This document shows positions 58,537 to 64,000 of a DNA stretch of 64,000 nt, in pieces. The position numbers and the translations under genes were made by a program. This stretch comes from Octopus vulgaris (lineage: Eukaryota). Within the stretch, counting starts at the first letter, position 1. Each line of letters starts with the position of its first letter. The stretch spans positions 66,402,001-66,466,000 of the forward strand of contig OX597833.1 in the NCBI GenBank assembly GCA_951406725.2, given 5' to 3'. A model generated the notes under the pieces. The model worked only from the letters and a program-made list of their open reading frames with translations, was not told the origin of the DNA and ran no database searches.

Positions 58537-58916
58537 CCACACACACACATATATATATATAAATTGATGGATATGTATGGATGTATGTATATATATTTAT
58601 ATATACATGGATGTAGATATTTATATATCTGTATGCACATGTGTAACTATTTATGCATGGATGCACGTATCATTTGCATATATTTGCATATGTTTGTTTA
58701 TATAGCTATTAATTACTTATTTACATGTATTATTTATTTCGTTTACATTTAATTGTTATTCACATTTAATTGCACTTATTTATATATATATTATGCCAGT
58801 TCTATTTGCATAAATATATATGTACATATATTTATGTCTGTCTGTTCTGTCTGTCTGTCTCTATGTATGTACGTATGTATGTATGTATGTATGTATGTAT
58901 GTATGTATGTATGTAT

Positions 58917-58966
<50 letters not shown>

Positions 58967-58970
58967 GTAT

Positions 58971-59012
58971 TTAAAGTGCTTTTATATAGCCACGCCTGCG
59001 CAGATATGTTGT

Positions 59013-59045
<33 letters not shown>

Positions 59046-59052
59046 ACATATG

Positions 59053-59084
<32 letters not shown>

Positions 59085-59123
59085 CATATATGTATATATA
59101 TATATGTATATATGTATAAATAC

Positions 59124-59189
<66 letters not shown>

Positions 59190-59227
59190 GCATATTTGCG
59201 CAGGCGTGGCTGTATACAGGCACTTAA
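58971..59227. repeat. ~38-bp inverted repeats flanking a TA-rich tract
   Basis: AAGTGCTTTTATATAGCCACGCCTGCGCAGATATG versus CATATTTGCGCAGGCGTGGCTGTATACAGGCACTT. Confidence 0.85.
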
Positions 59228-59929
59228 AATGTGCCTTTGTGACATTAACATTAACCATTTTACATGTGTTCTACATTCCTGCCCCACAGCTACACATACA
59301 TGCACACACACGGACACACACACGTGGGCGTACATACCTCCCTACACACATGCGCCGGCGCACACCATATATGTACATAATTGTACAATTGTATATGCAT
59401 ATACATATACATATATATCTATAGGTATATAGAAGAACATATATTTGTTTTATTTGCTTTAGCCAGAAGTTGTGACCATGCTGGAGCAATAGCATTTGTG
59501 TGATTACTGGTTTATATTAGATCATTTCCCCGTCCCTTTCTCCATGTATATATAGTACTGGTGAATTAGAGATCTTACCAATACCGCCCTTCTTTGCCGT
59601 GACCTGGGTTCATACTATATCGTGGGTACAAAATTGGTCACTATGTGTCTATTTTTACGACATCTGGATGTCGTCGATATGTGAGGATTTCAGGGAAGGT
59701 TAGCGAAACCTTGAACAGTAGGTCCTTGAACAGTAGGCTGTTAAAGCGTTGCGTCTTTACTGCGGAAGGAGATAAAAAGGATTTTTGGTACTGTGCAATG
59801 GTGTCCATTACATGGGTTTGTATAGTTTTCAAACCGAAAAATAGCGGCTAGTCTCTTCAGGGTCTTAGACACAGACAGACAGACAGACACACAAGTACGC
59901 GTGCGCACCCACCGATGCACACACATATA

Positions 59930-60462
59930 TATAGGCAATATTAAAAACAAGGATTACTACCTTAATTTTTACTCATACACACACATACACACACATATAT
60001 AGACAATATTTAAAACAAGGATTACTCCCTTACTTTTTACTAATACACAGACACACAACATATATACATATAGACAATTTTAAAAATAAGGAATACTCCC
60101 CTTAATTTTTACTAACACATACATACACACACACGCATATATAGACAATATTAAAAATAAGGATTACTCCCTTAATTTTTACTAACACGCACACATATAT
60201 AAAGACAATATTAAAATAAGGATTACTCCCGTAATTTTTACTAACACGCACACACATATAAAGGCAATATTAAAATAAGGATTACTCCCTTAATTTTTAC
60301 TAACACATACACACGCACACACATATAAAGACAATATTAAAAATAAGGAATACTCCCTTAATTTTTACTAACACACACATACACACGCACACGCATATAT
60401 AGACAATATTAAAAATAAGGATTACTCCCTTAATTTTTACTAATACACACATACACACACAT
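59930..60462. repeat. ~60-70-bp minisatellite, 8 copies, with a variable (CA)n spacer
   Basis: AGACAATATTAAAAATAAGGATTACTCCCTTAATTTTTACTAACAC repeated. Confidence 0.92.
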
Positions 60463-61176
60463 ACATGCATGTCACATTGCATATTTTTGTGTCTTCTGTT
60501 CAGCGCGTAGAACCTCATGTCCTTTGGTCTCCCTTCGTACCTCATCTGTTGCACCGTGGCAATCTGCTTGATTCTGCTAACAGATTGATACTAAATGACT
60601 ACCATAACCGGGAACAATATTCTGGGCGACTGAGGATGAATATATTCCTCACGATGGACGCAGTTACCTTTTACCTTTTCTTTGTTTCTTGTCCTGAATG
60701 ATCTCAGAATCAAACCTGCCATTCGTCCATGCATATTACACACACAGACACACACTCAAAAAAAAACACATGCACATCTATATATACATATACCTATAAA
60801 CATACTCTTAGGCGTTTATGTAAATCTATATCGGTTAAATATTTACTACGCATAAAATATGCAGACGAGAAATCTTATGTTGCAACACAACAACATATGT
60901 CCATTTATATGTATACTTATATGTCTGGAGGACGCTTTATCGTACGTCATGTAACTGAATATAGATTACGAAACAGCTGGTAATATATGGGATAAATATT
61001 TTAATATGTCCGTCTCTTAAATTCAATTATATATGTACGTTGAAATCAGTCAAACGTATTCCTGTAATTTAAAATAAAATAATAACATAATCAATTCTAA
61101 TATATGCTATGTGCATTTTCAACTTCATTCCTTCCACTCCCCCACTTATTTGGATCAATGACAATTTCTCTTTGTC

Positions 61177-61244
<68 letters not shown>

Positions 61245-61424
61245 TAGTTATCGCCATACTAATATGGCAGTCTATAAATATAAGACTAAAGCTGTCGCTG
61301 ATTAGCCCCAAGAGGCCATCGCCTCTAGCTAGCTATATGACACACGAACCTGCGTCCATTACTATTAATATCTAGTAACGCTGCCGTAATCTCCTTTAGA
61401 GAGACTTAGTAATTTTAATATTTC

Positions 61425-61474
<50 letters not shown>

Positions 61475-61512
61475 TATATATATGCATATATATATGTATC
61501 TTCAAATTTACG

Positions 61513-61555
61513 GTGGCTGACGATAAGCATCACGCTTTGAAACTTTAAGTACCAC
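61513..61555 (+). ncRNA. Minimal type I hammerhead ribozyme, GUA cleavage site after 61551
   Basis: Stem I GTGG/CCAC, core CTGACGA at 61517-61523, stem II AAGC/GCTT, GAAA at 61539-61542, stem III CTT-T-AAG. Confidence 0.8.
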
Positions 61556-62048
61556 GGATTTTGAATCAAACTGTTTTGATCCATAAATGTAACTCCCAAT
61601 AAAAATCTGTTGAGTACCCTTGTTTGTTTGGTCCACTCACTCGTGTATATATCCCAACACTGTCTATTTCAGGAATCCGTAGTCCGATTTGCGCGAAACT
61701 TGTTTTATTCTGTTTGTATTTAAATTTCAGGGGTGCTTACTTTCAGAGTATTTTCGCATTATGTGCCAATTTGGCTGTGTTAAATTACTGACAGACACGC
61801 GTGCAAGCAAGCAATCACAGAGTTAGTGAGGACGGGGTATCTCTCCTTAGGCCTGCTATCAGCGGGTCGGGAGAGGGTAACAAAGGATTCATCCCTTGGG
61901 TTTCTTTTGGATCGTAAGGACTCTTCCGAACCGCAGATAACCCGTCTTCACGAACGCCAGAATATCTATTCGTTGATAACCAGATGACCACCGACCGTAA
62001 CAGATTTCAACCTCACAGAGGTGAAGTGTAAAATTTGTCTTTGGACTA

Positions 62049-62109
62049 GAGTCTGATGAGCCTGTCTGCGAAGCTACAACACTCGTGGATGCGAAACCAC
62101 TGGTCACTC
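62049..62109 (+). ncRNA. Type I hammerhead ribozyme, GUC cleavage site after 62105
   Basis: Stem I GAGT/ACTC, core CTGATGA at 62053-62059, stem II GC/GC extended by GTCTGCGA/TCGTGGAT, GAAA at 62093-62096, stem III CCA-C-TGG. Confidence 0.85.
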
Positions 62110-62199
62110 CTTTACCAAACCTTAACTTTATCACTTTAATATATATATATATATATACATATATTAAAGTAATAATAATATATATATATATATACGGCT

Positions 62200-62565
62200 T
62201 ATAATAGGTAATGGTGTCATTGAGTCGCAAAGGTGTCAGGTAATGCTGAATAAGTGCTTTAGACAGGCCATAGTTAAGTTCCAGGTTCGGTGATTTTGCG
62301 AATAAGGGGTTCAACGTTGGTCATATGTTAGCGTGTGTATATAAGAATTTTTTGCGTAATGAGATAAAAAAAAAACAAGGCTGTGTAGATATTAGAATAT
62401 TTACAGATAGAAGGTCTTGCAGCTGTTTCCAAGATATTTATTAATTATATCCCTTCATCGGAGATGGTGTGAGAGGATGGTTAAGTAATAATTAATTTAG
62501 ATGGGATACAAAATAGAGAGTGAGGTGGAGGAAAGAAAATAGATGTGAGATATGTAGGGATATTT
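62200..62565 (-). mobile_element. PLE-derived element, family H1, with a mutated HHR at 62415-62464
   Basis: Colinear with 38940-39290. The HHR reads CCGATGA...GAAACAGCTGCA, i.e. two core substitutions. Confidence 0.72.
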
Positions 62566-62589
62566 ATATATATATCAAAGTAATAACAT

Positions 62590-62765
62590 TTTTCTTTCCT
62601 TTTTTCTCTCTCCTTGTTTCTCTCCTTGTTTTTTCTGTGTCCCTTTCTGTAGAAGAGCGTAGGCTCGAAAGACTTTTTCAATTCATGAGCGTTATACTAA
62701 TACATCCGTTTGTTTTGTACACCACCTCTCTTCGTATTTTGTTTTTTTTCGTAAACTCTCCCTAT
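62590..62765 (+). mobile_element. PLE pLTR-like repeat (family H3); HHR cleavage site deleted
   Basis: CTTT-CTGTAGA-A-GAGCGTAGGCTC-GAAA-GAC; ends in (TA)n. Confidence 0.72.
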
Positions 62766-62772
62766 ATATGTA

Positions 62773-62846
<74 letters not shown>

Positions 62847-62847
<1 letters not shown>

Positions 62848-62886
62848 CCCCACGTTGTGGCCGTGGTAACCCAGGTTCGAATCCTG
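62847..62886 (+). pseudogene. tRNA-His(GTG) fragment (anticodon arm plus T arm only)
   Basis: ACCCCACGTTGTGGCCGTGGTAACCCAGGTTCGAATCCTG matches the invertebrate tRNA-His sequence as I recall it; the D arm and acceptor stem are absent. Confidence 0.8.
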
Positions 62887-63167
62887 CTTCAAAATGGTCT
62901 CCTTATTCAATCCGAATTTGGAAATTTGCAATCTTTGAAACACGTGTAGAAAATAATAAAAAGGAATTTTGTAGAATCTTCGTTCAGCTCCATTTCTTCC
63001 CTTCACTAAATATATAAAACTTCAATTATCCGCGCTAAGGCACGGTTGCGACACCCCATGGTCGTAACCTCAACCGTGTTTTTTCTGTTGTGATTTTTGC
63101 TAGCCAGGTATCGGTTAAATTTTGAATAATCCGTAACAAGATAATTCATTTATCCATTTCAATAAAA

Positions 63168-63198
<31 letters not shown>

Positions 63199-64000
63199 TA
63201 TGCGAGAATATATGTAGATGCATGTATACACATATATTTAATAAAGCCGTATAAAATAATCACTGTTGAACCGCTGAGTCAGAAATAAATCATTACAAAC
63301 TACGATATATTGATTTCTTTTGGCAGCAAACAAAAAAATATTGTATTGTTAGGAAAGCAAAATGTCGTCCATTGATTCGAGATCCCCTACTCATGCACCT
63401 CATTGGTATTCATTGTGTTGAATCTCCATAAGGATCCATGTTAAAAAGGGTACCCTAGAGATAAATTAGGACTCGCATTGTAAAGGATCAGAATGTGTTG
63501 TTTTATACAGAATATGCTTTATTTTTGTGTATTTTTTTTTATCATTTATTTTTATCTGACGTTATTTGTTGTTTCTGTCCATGAATAATGTGAAGAAAAG
63601 GAAAAAAATTGAAGCTAAGTAAATATAGCTACCATAACCAATAGTTATAAATCGACTTTTGTCGCTGATCCCTTCAACACAAACACATATACACACATAT
63701 ACACAAATACACACACGCGCACCTTTTGAACAAGATTAAAAAAAATAAAAATAAATAAAGGACAAACAAAATGGCAGCTGTTTTTCATTGATTTTCCAAT
63801 CAATTCTTTTTCTTCTAACGTGATTTTTCAAACGAACGTCTGGGTATTTAAATAATTATTATTACCTGAAAGGAATACATTAAAAAGAAAAAAAAAGACA
63901 TCGGTCAGTTAATTTAAAAGTATAAAATTAAAGAAAGTATTTTCTTTCTTTGATCTTGTATAAAATTGAAGAAATATTTTTTTTACAAAAGAAAAAAAAA

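Noticed and set aside
59641-59851. Short ORF with faint resemblance to a nuclear-receptor C-terminal helix
   Set aside because: Similarity is too weak, it contains a local tandem duplication, and no other exons were found.
59930-60462. CRISPR-like repeat-spacer appearance
   Set aside because: The spacers are just variable CA/TA runs, the context is eukaryotic and there are no cas genes; it is a minisatellite.

Overview
Eukaryotic, very AT-rich and microsatellite-saturated intergenic or intronic DNA. The repeat landscape of (TA)n, (TATC)n, (AAT)n and (CAT)n tracts plus abundant tRNA-head SINEs suggests an Octopus/cephalopod genome (inference). I recognise no host protein-coding gene, and nearly all supplied ORFs are microsatellite translations. 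Identifiable content: an open Penelope-like element (PLE) RT-thumb/GIY-YIG fragment, other PLE relics, a non-autonomous Helitron, mariner/Tc1 and hAT relics, CR1-like, R4/Dong-like and L1/Tx1-like LINE fragments, four SINE families, minisatellites and a tRNA-His fragment. The main hidden signal is a dense population of about 13 minimal type I hammerhead ribozyme (HHR) motifs from several unrelated PLE pseudo-LTR (pLTR) families. Most sit in or next to (TA)n tracts, and several form long inverted repeats. One family has a fixed non-canonical core (CUGUNGA). Two different intact-looking HHRs at 61.5-62.1 kb could excise a 554-nt RNA. All calls are by eye with no database searches, and boundaries of degenerate elements are approximate.
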